Shown piece by piece: positions 25,510 to 39,036 of a stretch of DNA of 64,000 bases. The stretch is from positions 16,430,001-16,494,000 of the forward strand of contig NC_042998.1 in assembly GCF_006345805.1 (NCBI RefSeq), read 5' to 3'. Position 1 is the stretch's first letter. Each line of letters starts with the position of its first letter. This DNA is from Octopus sinensis (Eukaryota). The notes under the pieces are model-generated. The model was not told where the DNA came from, made no database searches, and saw only the letters and a program-made list of their open reading frames with translations. A program made the translations under genes and the position numbers.

Positions 25510-26900
25510 GTACGTAACTTATGGCACCACCTGGAAAAGATATTTAATGATATATAATATTACAGTCATTCTTTGCGAACCATATCCCATTCATATAAAG
25601 ATTTATAGTTTGTAGAGATATATCCGGGTGTAGTTGGTTTATATGGAATTTATAGGAGATTCTCTTACAGGAACAGTTTGAATGCTGTGAGATCTTATTC
25701 TTCTCATACGTTCTTTGGCATGATGTTAAGGAGAGTATTGCCAGTTGAGGTGGAATATTTTGTTTTAACGTTGTTGTATGATGCGAGCGTGATATTTGTA
25801 GAGGACGGATGTCACTTAAATAGTTTCCGGACTTCAATGCTCGATAATTTTTTAAAAGGTGTTGGTCAGCCTTGTCGAAGGCCTTACTGAAATCCATAAA
25901 GATGACATCTGCTGTGAGTCCCTCACGAACAGCATTTAGGATGTCGTCAAAATTATATATGATGCATATGAGTTATGCTGATTGAGAATAAGTAGTATGT
26001 TACTTTCCAAGCTTAGAGTTACTCGAAATCTCATCATACTCTCAAATAATTGGACGACATGAGAGGTAAGTGAGATCGGTCGGTAATTCACTATCAGCGA
26101 TTTGTTGTCTTTTTGTTTTTCAAAACCATGATAATCGACTGGGATAAACAATTTTCGAGAATATAGTCACCGTCGTTCCAGAGAGCATAAAAGGAATGCC
26201 AGTTGAATACGGCACTCCTTCAGGGCTCTAGGAGAAAAACTATCGTGGCCTGCAACTGAGTTCTTTGTGATTTTGTTAATAGCAACTACGATATCCAAGT
26301 AACCAAATGATATATCGGATAGGACACGTTAAGGTTTTTGTTTCTGTCACTGATACTGATAGGATTACCCGTGCAGGGGTTCCTGAAAGTGGGTTGACTA
26401 CATGCTTATTCTTAAATGTTTTCCCTAAAATTCCAGACGGCGATGATAAGTTTATGGTTTGAATCTCAACAATATATTCTGCACCACAATCTAGAGTATC
26501 ATCTTCACCTATCAGACGTCCAACTGATGAGGCAGCGGTCGGATGCTTTTCAGCAAATGAGAACATTTTGGGGATGCCATTTACTTTCTCAGTATCCCAC
26601 ATTTCTTCTGCTGTTCTTTCACTATTGATGACATTCTTCTTTCTTGCTTTGACGTTAATGACGTTATTAAACTAAACTTGCCAAGTGCAGATGCTGCAGC
26701 CGGCAATATTTTAGCCGATTGACGTCGTACAAAATTATAAGCATTCGAGAGGTCTCGAACCATATCAAGACATATACAATAGCATGTGACTATTATGTTT
26801 AAAAGCCCTCTCTGCCGCAGGGTTTTCAATGAAGCAAGGTGGAGTCAGGTCTCTTGCAGATCCCCGAAGATGATGATTTCACTGTAAAGTGATGCACGCT
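25510..26900 (-). mobile_element. CR1/L2-clade LINE ORF2 relic (linker plus RT N-terminal half); degraded coding-like sequence may extend to about 27650
   Basis: In order on the minus strand: SERTAEEMWDTEKVNGIPKMFSFAEKH..SSVGRLIGED, LSDISFGYLDIVVAINKITKNSVAGHDSFSPRALKECRIQLA, KSLIVNYRPISLTSHVVQLFESM, MDFSKAFDK. Confidence 0.85.
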
Positions 26901-27709
26901 TTAACTAACCGATTACTGGAAACTGCATGATTCAAGGAAATAATAACGTTCCTTATTGTCTCGGACAATTAAAATCCTGACTTTTGTTAGAAATATTGAG
27001 TTGCATTGGAAAGATATTCATCGATCTTTGCTGGCCGTGAGACATTCATTTAACTATCTTCCCACATCAACTATAGGTTATTCGACAGCGCTAATCAATG
27101 AAATCATTTTTACAAAACTCAATTCGTACATATCTAATATTGTCTCAAAGACAGCGATTTTGAAGTAATAATAAATAATGTATACGCTCCTTTGATTACA
27201 GTGAAACGAAAACCATGTGACTGATTTGGAAATGCTGATACTACACCAACCTCCAGCATCTGTTACCTCTGAAGCCAGTGTTTCCATAGAAAATTAAATC
27301 GTCACAATAATTACGGTCACTCATGGTATGTATTTACTTGGAAACTATCTAAAAGATGTCCCAAAGACATATACCTCTCAGCATTAAAGGAGACACAGTT
27401 CCTTTGCTCCCTCATTATCCCCAACACTGCGACTATCATCCCCAATGGAATTCGATTTACATTGAATTGATACCAAATCTACTCCCAGTGAAATATGTTC
27501 CCATTAATATTTAGCCATGTTAATCCCATCAATATCAGAGAGCATGTCATAGCACACTGTCTCTCATCCGACTAAATTCAGATATTAGCGAGTGAGATAA
27601 ATGCCGCTTACGGTATACGACAAGCATGGCCCCTCTTAAAATGCAATGTTGAAGATATCTGCTCTTTATATCGTGTAATACAATTTACATAAAGAAGATT
27701 AGATTATGA

Positions 27710-27716
27710 CTAACTA

Positions 27717-27747
<31 letters not shown>

Positions 27748-27773
27748 GTCGGTCTGTCTATCTGTCTGCCTGC

Positions 27774-27822
<49 letters not shown>

Positions 27823-27828
27823 CATATA

Positions 27829-27895
<67 letters not shown>
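27710..27895. repeat. (CT)n plus (TA)n compound microsatellite
   Basis: Direct reading. Confidence 0.95.
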
Positions 27896-27897
<2 letters not shown>

Positions 27898-28416
27898 TGC
27901 TACATGGAATACCTGTGAAGAAGCAACTCTTAATTTAGAATATATCGTGATTTGCTTATATCTATTCATTGCGCATCGAATCTGTTATTCTTCAAAGACA
28001 GGGAACTCGGAAAGATTAAATATGGGAAAATGTGTATATGCCAGCATATTCAAAGCCAATATTAACATTTTGTATATACAGAGGAAATGCGATATTTCAT
28101 GAAATATTACGAATAACATACGCGGAGTTAATATTATTGCTGCCACTGCACAAAATAAAAATGTTAAATCATACAAATAACTGATATCTATATTTGTATA
28201 TGTACACGCTGCTACATACGATAGTTACCTGGTATATTATTCTCTAAGAATAGAGCTACCAGTAGCTTCCATAAATATCGGATTTACACGCATTACTACG
28301 AGGCTTGCTCTGTCTCACCGTCTGTTGTTGTCTGACTGTCTTTCAGTATATATATCTCACTCTCTCACACGCTTTCTCTCGTTCCTATCTCTGTATTCTA
28401 GTGTTTGGTGAGTGGC

Positions 28417-28417
<1 letters not shown>

Positions 28418-28506
<89 letters not shown>

Positions 28507-28550
28507 ATATATATATATATATATACATATATGTATATGTGTGTGTGTGT
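28418..28550. repeat. (TA)n/(TG)n microsatellite
   Basis: Direct reading. Confidence 0.95.
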
Positions 28551-29708
28551 GAGTATCTTGCAAACAACTGGCACATGCTAGTGCTGCATGTCGAGACCTC
28601 TGCATACCGGAAGCCAGCAAGTGTATAGGGTCATCAGGAGAGAATGCGCGCGGTTTCGGGGCCTACCTCTCGACGGCATCAATGTGCACCGGCCCCCTCA
28701 CTGTGTGTGAAATATATACCTATTTTCGATCGAGTATTTTTGAGTGGTGTATATATATATATATATATATATACTAATAATAATTAATAAGGAGAATAGA
28801 ATTTTATATATCCAGTTTTGGTCTGCTGTCAATCACATTTCTTTTTCTGCACCTACATGTAATTCTGCTGCGATTTGGTGCACACTGCAAAAGTTTGCTT
28901 TTCGGTGTGCATTTTGTTGTTGATTATCACTTCTTCAAGGTATTATTAACAGCGTTTTTGATCCTCTCTTAACTAACTACAAGTCCAACCAAAATTTGAT
29001 ACATGTGGTGTTAGAATTCTAAAAATAGCCAACATTCTAACCTTTGCAACTCTGCTGGTTAGAAAAAAATGACTAGATGTGCAAGAATGGGTCAATAGCC
29101 GTACTAGCCCCAACGTAAGGCTCATATGTCCCCCTAAATCACACTAACGTAAGATTAGTAAGATGATCATGGATGAATATATGCCCACGTTACCAAATCT
29201 AATGAAACTGACACTTTGGTTTTGTTCATATAAGGTACTTAATTGGTTTATTAAAATAGATAGTAAACATACAAAAATATTTATACAAATTGACATAAAT
29301 ATTACTCATCTATAAACGCTACCCTACTTAACAAGGCCCTTTTATTTGCTAAGAAAATCTCTGCATTAACAATGGAGGAAATAAACGTAATTTTAGCGGC
29401 TAAAATCTCAATTATAACATTTGAAAATAATTACTAGTCTACTGACCCAGTCTAGGACAGCTTGTGATTTGTTTTTCTAACCATCAGAGTTGAAAAGGCC
29501 AGAATTGTGGCTGCTTTTAGAATACTAACACCACGAGTATGAAATTGTTTGGTTGAACTTGTATTCAATTCAGATGGGATAAGAATCGCTGCTAATGGTA
29601 TCCTGAAGAAGCGGCTATTAACACCTAAATGCTCGGCAACAAGCAAAATTTTGCTGTGTGCACAAAATTGCAACAGAAACATATGTAGGTGCAGAAATGG
29701 AAAGATGG

Positions 29709-29941
29709 CTACTTTTCCCAAACATAATAATTTCACAAACAATAAAATCCCACGTAAAATTAGTAGATTGAATATACTCCCCATTCAAGTCATTATTCTA
29801 TAGATAGTAACTTCTCAGACAAAAGTCTGCTCTTTAATTAACGAACACGTTACAATATATACTTGAACAAGTGACAAATAATACTACTAGTGTATTTGAG
29901 ACTGGAGTGGGTTTTCTCAAGATTTCCCTACCATACTATTT
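29709..29941. repeat. Dispersed repeat, copy 2, bracketed by a 46-bp direct repeat (29662-29707 / 29943-29988)
   Basis: acaaaattgcaacagaaacatatgtaggt(g/a)caga(a/c)atgga(a/c)agatg, 43/46 identical. Confidence 0.85.
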
Positions 29942-30199
29942 TACAAAATTGCAACAGAAACATATGTAGGTACAGACATGGACAGATGCGATTGACAGCA
30001 GAATAAAACTAGATGTATAAATCTCTGTTCTCCTTATTAGTAATTTATTAATTCTTCTCTACCGATAAAACGTAGTGACTATAGAGACACATGGATTTAC
30101 CCATGTGAAGGTGTAGTGTGAATAGGAAAATAAACCAACTGGAGTTTTTCTACACTCACGGAGTGTAGCCAGTATCTTTTACCGATAAAAGCTATTGCA

Positions 30200-30424
30200 G
30201 CACATGCTAGAATGTTATATCCCTAACAACCTAATTTGGAAAATGTAGTGCTGAACCCTACATATTTTTGTCCTTCTCTCTCTCTGTTTATTTCCTATTA
30301 TTTCTTTCTGTCAAAGAGCGTAGGCTCGAAACGTAAAAGACTTCCACTTTTCCAAGCGTTAAACTAATACACTTGCATTTAGTTCCTACAACTGACTTCG
30401 TCATTTTTTATTTCGATAAACTTG

Positions 30425-30428
<4 letters not shown>
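30200..30428 (+). mobile_element. PLE pseudo-LTR (family A) ending at a (TA)n array
   Basis: aaaagacttccacttttccaagcgttaaactaatacac matches the other family A termini; (TA)n follows at 30428-30505. Confidence 0.75.
30303..30340 (+). ncRNA. Minimal type I hammerhead motif, family A
   Basis: UCUUU-CUGUCAA-A-GAGC(GUAG)GCUC-GAAA-CG-UA/AAAGA. Palindromic ACGU stem III as in PLE dimer-type HHRs; the core differs from CUGANGA at positions 6 and 8. Confidence 0.7.
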
Positions 30429-30505
<77 letters not shown>

Positions 30506-30767
30506 ATATGGAGATAGTAATGTAGATAAACACAATTAAATTACACAGACACTGACAAACGCACACAAACATAAATGCAAATGCACACACACTCACTTAT
30601 ATAAATATAGACGCATGATCTACATGTATTCAGCAAAATAAACTCATTGATGGGTGCACACAAACACAGACGTAAACAAACACACACACAAACACACAGG
30701 CACACACGCATACACACTCTCACACTTGCACACACACACACACACACATATATATCCATACATACTT

Positions 30768-30960
30768 TTTATCTTTTACTTCTTTCAGTTATTAGGCTGT
30801 AGCCATGCTGAGGCACGGTCTTGAATATCGACTGAATCGACACCACTACTTCCATTTTAGTTAACCCGGTACTTATGCGATCGGATCTTTTGCCGAATTG
30901 CTAGATTACGGAGATGTAAACGCAGTAATACCTGTTTCAACGGTATTGGGGGACAAACAG
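30768..30960 (-). mobile_element. Diverged 3' half of SINE family K
   Basis: cttttacttctttcagtta..gtagccatgctgaggcac...ggtacttat...cttttgccgaattgctag...gggggacaaac. Confidence 0.7.
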
Positions 30961-31069
30961 GGAGAGAGAGACGCACACATGCACACTGACATGCGCATAC
31001 ATATTGTACAAGAGCGACGCATTCTTTACAATACAAAATTTTAACACGTTTATTAGAAAAGTGTAGGAA

Positions 31070-31390
31070 GATATTCATAAAATATCATTAATAATGAGGA
31101 CTTAAGATTTCAATGGAAATTGAGCATAGTAATGTTAATATTGTGGATACCTCGCTCAACCTTAGCACTGGAATTTATCAGTCTTTCAGTAAGGAAAATG
31201 AAGGCATAATATATGTAAGAAGAGGAGCTAATCATTCAAAAAATACCATAAGCCCCATCGCCAACATAGGGTGTGTTAAAACCTCTAGGCTATCGGCAAA
31301 TGGGGACATTTTTTAAGGACATGATGGATACAATAACATGGCATTAACGGAGGCCTGTTACACAGGAAAATAAAATCAAATACTTCTCTC
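31070..31390 (+). mobile_element. PLE reverse-transcriptase C-terminal (thumb) fragment
   Basis: GLKISMEIEHSNVNIVDTSLNLSTGIYQSFSKENEGIIYVRRGANHSKNTI...SRLSANGDIF resembles the PLE pattern LKITIE...VNFLDVTLNL.TG.Y.PY.KPN...YV...SNHP...RLS..S.N..IF. Confidence 0.75.
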
Positions 31391-32599
31391 ATGGCGATTA
31401 ATGCACGAGTAATGACTTCACATCATCTATAAACTTAACTCGACTTCAATTGAGAATTAACCGAGTATGTATTTCAAGCTGTATTGGCGATAGAAGCAGT
31501 ACCAAATTAAATAGAGAAGTTCATGTTATGGTAGGGTGGGACGTTCTGAATTGCTGAAACGGACACTACCTGAAATTAATTTGATACGTTCATCGATTAT
31601 ACGTGTAGATATTAGCAGATATATCGTTTGCATAGGCAAATATTAAATTAATATTTTACATCAGATTGTATTATTGTTTTCTATGTAAATAGTCATCCGA
31701 GGACAGCTCGCGCTATTGATTACTGGAGGGAAGTGAAAGAATATAAGGATTCAGTTACTTAATCCTTCACTGATGTGAATAGTGCGAGTGTTTGGACGTA
31801 AAAACCGTAAAATATGCACTGTCTGTCGTTCAAAAATAAAGTTCAATAAATAGCTTTCATGGAAAAAACTGACTGAAATCCACATGTGTGCATCGAATAA
31901 TTTTCCCGAGTTAACATTTGGTGTTTTTTTTTCCCACAGTACCTTCGGGCTAAAACATTTTTAAGGATTTAAGGATATAAATCTCTACATTTGTCATGCA
32001 TTGTGTTTGAATCCAAATGCTTAGTTTTCAAATGTTTCAATCTAATGAATTTTAGTTGCATAAAAGGTCGTTGGTTTGGAGGTTTGGAAGTTCTGAAAGA
32101 CAGTGTAACCATAGCATATTAAGTATGGTGTTTCTACACTTTTATATAGAGTGAAAAATGGCTGTTTCCCATGTTATGAGAAACATAGTGATGAATAATT
32201 TCTATTATAATTTACGTTAGCATTTCAATTTGAAACCATTTAAAAAAATATTGGCTTCAATATGTTAGTAATGCTGCATTTTTTCAATTCCTTTATCCCT
32301 GCTTTCGGGACATAGAATCTCGTCGCGTATCGAATATTGCTTGTGCAAATGTTGATTGTAATATCTCCTTGATATCAATTTGCTTCATGTTTAGCACATA
32401 TTTTCTATTAGATTTTGAATATCTTAGCCTTCTTCCAATAAGATTACAAACATATTTTATAGTTTCTTAAGGGAGCGAATAGATAATTTCATACAATTTA
32501 TTAGATGCATTGCGATTATAAAGTAATTAGTAAATATTTCAACATCTTTTGATGTGCCTTAAAAAATCGAATAATGTGTAAAATATATAATATATTATT

Positions 32600-33400
32600 T
32601 AGAGTGTGATTCGTTTTCTGAAGATCAGGATGAAATAGATGTCATAATATTTGCAACATTTGCTCAATAAAACGCGATAATTTTCTAAAGCACGATGAAC
32701 ATTTATCGGGATATATGAATAGGTGTAAACCAGCTAGAGATGACAGTTTTATAGCAGGGAGATTTACGAGATATTGCCCATCGTAAATTGAGCTGCGCAT
32801 CTAAAATAAAAATATAGCAAACGTCCTTTGTAATACAAGTTTATAGGTTGATAATCCATGACAATTTGAGATGACATATTATCCATAGATCATATAGCAA
32901 CAATAGATAATCGAATTGTGCCAGTATTTGAAGGTAAAACTCCAGTAATATATACGGTGTATGGTTCGTAGAGAAACCGAAATTACATTTTATTGCTGTA
33001 ACAATTTGTTCAAGAAATCCTATGTGAGCGATGAATGTGTTTTATAGAATGTTTTGAGATGTTTTGTGTCACAATAACTGTAACAAATTAGATACAATTG
33101 AGATATCAGATATTTTTCAAGGAACCAAAAATATAGCTGTACCTCAAATACATGAATTCCTCTTGCATGAATCCCGTTGGTAACAAATCTATGAATGGTA
33201 ATTTTACTAAGACATTGTGAAAAATATGTTAAAAGTTATAAGGACAAATGACATTGGATAATACATGTAAAGCCACTGCCCGAAGTTTTCTAATTAAGAG
33301 GTAAGTTGGAATATATAATTTCTATTATAACCAAACTTTGAACAAAGGAGTGAATAATAGAAGGAAAGCGGAAAAATAGTTCAAATCCTTCATATCAATA
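32600..33400 (+). mobile_element. Heavily decayed piggyBac-like transposase relic
   Basis: Collinear weak motifs by eye: RF.EIL, KRPL, IATIDNRIVPVFEGK (cf. IDESMVPYFGR), EKP, NGNFTKTL (cf. DNFFTS.L), KGVN (cf. GGVD). Confidence 0.4.
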
Positions 33401-35766
33401 GCACAGAATAGGCTACAAAATATTAGTGTAAATCTATATTCAGATTATGATGAAATATCGCTGATATTGTATTGAGTATTCACCGCTGACTTGCACACCC
33501 GCTGCTTATACAAATATCAATTAGTATTATTTCAGTCAAATCTAATATAAAGTGTGAAGTATTCTGTGGAATTGATGTGTTTTAAAAAATTCAGCTTTAA
33601 TTTTTGTTATTGTCAAATAAATGAAACTGGGACAGCGCATATGAACTCTAAAATAGTTTGACAAAAGGGCTAAATGAAATAAGGACGAACGAAGAATTTC
33701 ATCGTTTTGAAAAATTTCATGCCTGTGTAAAAAATTCCAATAAAAATGCTATGATGGATCCGCAGTTTATAGTTTAATATTCTTTTGCGAGAATGTAAAG
33801 CGAATCCTAGCATCATAACAACATGATGAAGCACATACACATATATACTTCTTCATATACATATTTACATACACATATGTATGTTTGCTTATACATACGT
33901 TTGCATACTCATTATTTTGAATATGCATATGAGTGCGTGTAAAAATAACAAAATGCAAAATATGATTTTTTTGCATGATTTAATGAATTTTAAAACAAAA
34001 CTGATATATAAATATTCGATAATCTTGATAGTATACTAAATTGAACAACGCTCAATAGGTACAAAACATGTCGATATCAAAGCAAACTGTAGATAATGTA
34101 TTTCCTCATGATCATCATTTTATACATGATAACATAGATTAACGTTTCCTGTCAAAGTTTATAGAAGAGTTTTTCGTGAGAAACAAAGTAGCAATTATAT
34201 TTCCTTAATTTTTGGGTGACATTCGTCAAAATACCAAACTGCTTGACATTTACAGGGATGAATAGTCATCGAAAGAACTACCGTTGAATATAGATAGTTA
34301 AGATTAAGGGTATAAATTTACCTATACAAGTAATACTGTTTAATTATAAATGGGGGAGTGTGTATACCGCAAGTTTACAAAACATACACAGCAGCGTTCG
34401 TGTAGAATGGCTAATAACTGTATATATCTCTTTTAAACAAGATTTTGGAATCTTAGTGGTGTAAACCGTATGTCATCATACGTCCACAATATTCACCACA
34501 CATACTTACAACGAGAGCTGGTGCAATAAAACAAAATTCCAGAAGAGATATAATTAATTAATATTGATGTATTCACAACAACCGAATTTACACGAGCTGG
34601 TTAAAGTAGCAGTCTAAGTACCTTTAAATTGCAATTTTCTGCTTGTATAAGTGCTGAAAATCAATCAAGTATTTAATACGACATTCGCAGAATTAAGAAA
34701 AATATAACGTCAGAATGTGATGGTTACAACTGGAATGCTAATATATTTAGGGCAATGACTTAACTGCTCGGTTTTAGGCAAGTTTCAACATCACGAGCAA
34801 CACCTTACAGTAAGACAAAACAACTAACTTGTATGTCATACACCACTGAAGTATTCTAAGATTACTAGGATGACGGGAAGTTCAGTAGTATTTTTTTTTT
34901 TTATTTCGTCGCGTACTACACGATTTATGAAATCTGTCCTGTTCTAGTCATCAGGAACATTATCAGGATGGAGAATAAAACCCTATGCCTATTTTCAATA
35001 CGAATAAAAGAAATAAAGCATCTAGATTTTTTCCCACACACATATTTATGGAACTGCAATTCAGACAACATTTATGGTAAATAACAAATTTTCATCGCTT
35101 TTCTGACATAAATTAATAAACATTTCACATACATACATTTTCACTTATCTATATTACCATTTATAATCAAATAAGTTTCGTATAAGAAATTGACCGTAAT
35201 ACAATTATCTCAGTCGATATCTTTATATCCACTGAAAAGCGAAAATTATATTGGTGTACACACATAAGTATCAACTGTGTTGGAAAAGTGAAGAGACTTG
35301 AAGTATAGACAAACAGAAGCTGGTGAATGTATTTTAAAGATTTCTTTCTTATGACTTGTCCCTGATGTAACAATGTCACTTCCAACACACGGATTCAGGT
35401 CAACATAGTTGCATGAGAAACTCGAGAGTGAATGATGGCAAGGTTCAGTGAAGGTGGTAGGAAAATGAAAAGAATTGAATTTTGTGTTCTAAAGAGAAAT
35501 AGATGGACACAGATACTTGACACTTTAAATTAATGTATCTAAGTTTAAATTGGATATAAATTTATCTGTAAACAAACTCAATTTCACACATTCCAATCTA
35601 AAAAATTTAAAACAAACAATAACGCTAAGAGAAAAAAGCGACTCTGTACTTAGTAGAAGCTGCAACAAAACCGGAAATATGTGAGTATGGTTAATAAAAA
35701 GCTGCATACAGAGAAATTATCACCTCAATTACACAATAATGAGTATTAAAGAAGTTCGATATTGGT

Positions 35767-35947
35767 GGCGAGCTGGCAGAAACGTTAGCGCGCCGGGCGA
35801 AATGCGTAGCCGTATTTCGTCTGACGTTACGTTCTGGGTTTAAATTCCGCCGAGGTCGACTTTGCCTTTCATCCTTTCGGGGTCGATAAATTAAGTACCA
35901 GTTATGCAATGGGGTCGATGTAATCGACTTAATCCGTTTGTCTGTCC
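35767..35947 (+). mobile_element. SINE family M, 3'-truncated
   Basis: Near-identical to 11128-11310. Confidence 0.92.
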
Positions 35948-36257
35948 TTAAGAAATATATACCAAAGAATGACATTTGATTTTTAAGAGAGGGAAATATC
36001 AATTGGAAGCTACTTACATATCGGTGTAGTACGAAACAACTTTTATGGCGTTAGCAATCATCAACCATTTTGGAAAAGCGTAACACAAATAATAAGCGTA
36101 AAAATCATTTATTCATTACTAGCTTAAAAACCGTACCCCACGCGGACTTTTAAATTAGTTTCTGTGGAGAGCTAATTGGGATTGCGACCCCAAACTAAAG
36201 AGAGCAATCATGACAAATCCTTCATTGGTACCCTATCAAAATGTAAAAATAGTTAGA

Positions 36258-36259
36258 AA

Positions 36260-36330
<71 letters not shown>
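36258..36330. repeat. (TA)n microsatellite
   Basis: Direct reading. Confidence 0.95.
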
Positions 36331-36336
<6 letters not shown>

Positions 36337-36384
36337 CATATATATATACATACATACACACGCACATACATAAATATATATATA

Positions 36385-36585
36385 TTGTGTCTTTGTGTCT
36401 GTGTTTGTCCCCCACCATCGCTTGATAACTGGTGCTGCTATGCTTATGTTGACAAAACTTAGCGGTTCGTTACAAGAGGCCAAAAAAATGGTTCCTGGCA
36501 TAAAAAAGGAAAAAAGCTGTCGAATTGTTCGATTCAAACTCTTCAAGCCGGTGCCCAAGCGTGACTGCAGTCTGATAATTGATAA
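36385..36585 (+). mobile_element. Diverged 3' half of SINE family K
   Basis: tgtctgtgtttgtcccccaccatcgcttgataactggtgct...aacttagcggttcg...ggtgcccaagcgtgactgcagtc. Confidence 0.65.
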
Positions 36586-37131
36586 TATATACGAACCGTT
36601 AATTTTGTTATTAAGACTTTAAGCTTGTAAATTCTCCTAATTCAGTAATACAATGATAATGAAACCTCTCACGGTCACTTTACCTGCTTGACTGCTAGAA
36701 ATAGTAACCCCAAAAGCTTAGCTTTTAAATGAAATCCCCAAAAGGCATTATATGTCTACGTAGAGCAAACGTAGACTAAGATACTGTGGTCACGGACGGA
36801 CAGACATAATTTCGCGTTAGCTAATATAGTTGTTCATTTCGAATCTTTCCTATAACACTTATGATTTCAAAATGTACCTCTCTTATTTCCAGTACTTATT
36901 AACTAGCCTGACTATTTTACCACGTCGTCTACTTATAAATTCCTTCTCAGAGTACTTCGATGAACAAATATATATTTTCGTAAATATATAATTTTAGCAT
37001 ATAAAATTATATATATGCTAATATATATTCACACACATAAAATTGCAGACGCATGTACACAGATATTTACATATAGTTTATTTTTTGGAGTCGCGTCCAA
37101 GTAGGATTTTACATAACACCTTGTATCTCTA

Positions 37132-37347
37132 TTTCTTTACTACCCACAAGGGGCTAAACACAGAGTAGACAAACAAACGGATTAAGTCGATTATATCGCC
37201 CCAGTGCGTAACTGGTACTTATTTAATCGACCCCGAAAGGATGAAAGGTAAAGTCGACCTCGGCGGAATTTGAACTCACAACGTAGCGGCAGACGAAATA
37301 CGGCTACGCATTTCGCCCGGCGTGCTAACGTCTCTGCCAGCTCGCCG
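37132..37347 (-). mobile_element. SINE family M, full length, 13-bp TSD
   Basis: TSD ccttgtatc(t/c)cta at 37119-37131 and 37348-37360. Confidence 0.93.
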
Positions 37348-38808
37348 CCTTGTATCCCTAGGCGATTTTTAGACTAAGTACATGGCCTATTCAAGTCACA
37401 GATCAGGTCGCTGAGACAAGAGAAATTACAAGAAAAATATAAGGGACATGCAAACAGTGGAAGAGTAGACAAAAGCACACAAAAAAGTAAACAATGGGAA
37501 CAATTGAGTATTGTCTCATTGACAGAAAAAACTATAATTAAGCTAATTATTGTAGAATTATCCAACGGAGAGAAATGCAATTTCTGTGTGATATGATTTC
37601 AGTCCGGAAAGGGATGTGTCCTCCAGCTTACCAAAATATATTTGTTCACATGTTTACATAACCTGAAAATGTCGAAGCAAGTATTCGGTTTTGTGGTGCA
37701 ATTCTTTTCTGTCGTTTTATTATTTTACTTATTGGTCACAAACTGTAATATGCTTTATGAGTGTTTTACTATTTTTTGTCCTTTTGTGAAACATGGAAAA
37801 AAGTAGCGTATCAAATATTCTGTGTATCAAAGATACTAGTGTATCAAATATATATTTTGTGTTTCATTTATTCCCCTTCAATGCGTTCAAACAATCATGC
37901 TTATGAACATATAAGGATATATTTCTCAGAAATTACTCGATTGAAACTGGTAGACTGGAAGGATGAATATAGTTACGTAGAAAATATTTTAAAAGCAGTG
38001 GCGTAATTACTCATATGGAGAAAAGAAATAATTGCGCCTGTGAAGCGTCTTCGTAATTACGGGCGGAAGTAAGAGGAGATGGCTTCAACGTGTAAATTAT
38101 TCGAGACATACGAGTTTGATAAAATTCTCAATACAAAAATGTAAGCTTTGAGAGAAACGAAATATGACAAAATGCGGGAAACATAAACGTTTAGTGAATA
38201 ACACATATGTGTATATATCCAAGGGGAAATATCATCATATAATATTTAGATATGCTGCTGATGAAACTCTGGGAGTTTAATATTAGTAAACAAATGGGTG
38301 TAGAAATCTATAACAGAAATAGGAGAATGATATTGAGAGTCTCAGCAAAAATTTGGAGTTAAAAGCTGTAAAATAGAAGAGATGAAGGTATGACTTCCTC
38401 TAAGGAATGTATGATATCAGTTACAGAAGGATAAAGAAGTGATAATACAAAATTTATAAAAAGGAAATCGAGTGAAAGTAGACAAAATATTAACAGAGAT
38501 GAAATGGATATCAACAGAATAGGCACTTAAGAAAGTGGAATACAGTTTTAACAGTTTAAAATGAGAATGGGTATCAAGAGAATAAAATACTCAGTGACCG
38601 AGTAGCAATTAACATTTACTCAGGCATTAGGAGTAAGGAAGGTCTATAGAGCAGTGTGTTTTATTGGTTACGAGATTTTAAAGAGAAATTGACAATACAG
38701 CAGTAAAAGAGAATGTTTAGAAATAGGATGCTTTAAAAAGTATGAAGCACTCGATGTCTTTTAGGGTCTCTGGATTTAGATTCTTACAAGCAGCTTTCAT
38801 AATATATA

Positions 38809-39036
38809 TTCCTTTACTAACCACAAGGGGCTAAACACAGAGGGGAGAAACAAGGACAGACAAAGGGATTAAGTCGATTATATCGAACCCAGTGCGTAAC
38901 TGGTACTTTGTTTATCGACCCCGAAAGGATAAAAGGCAAAGTCGACCTAGGCGGAATTTGAACTCGAAACGTATCGACAGACGAAATACGGCTACGCATT
39001 TCGCCCGGCGTGCTAACCTTTCTGCCAGCTCGCCGC
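38809..39036 (-). mobile_element. SINE family M, full length
   Basis: Reverse complement of the family M sequence. Confidence 0.92.

Noticed and set aside
26276-26602. 108-aa ORF resembling a fibronectin type III domain (WDTEKVNG..LDCGAEYIVEIQTIN)
   Set aside because: It is collinear with, and runs by frameshift into, CR1 ORF2 motifs (NPKxFxSFAK linker, LSDISF, AGxDxF, NYRPISLTS). It is LINE sequence.
28770-29110. Possible Helitron ends (tatactaataata... and ...gtactag)
   Set aside because: No clear subterminal hairpin and no second copy in the window.
38255-38290. CUGAUGA-AACUC(UGG)GAGUU
   Set aside because: Good stem II but followed by UAAU instead of GAAA; at best a dead relic, and I could not classify the flanking 38100-38740 region.
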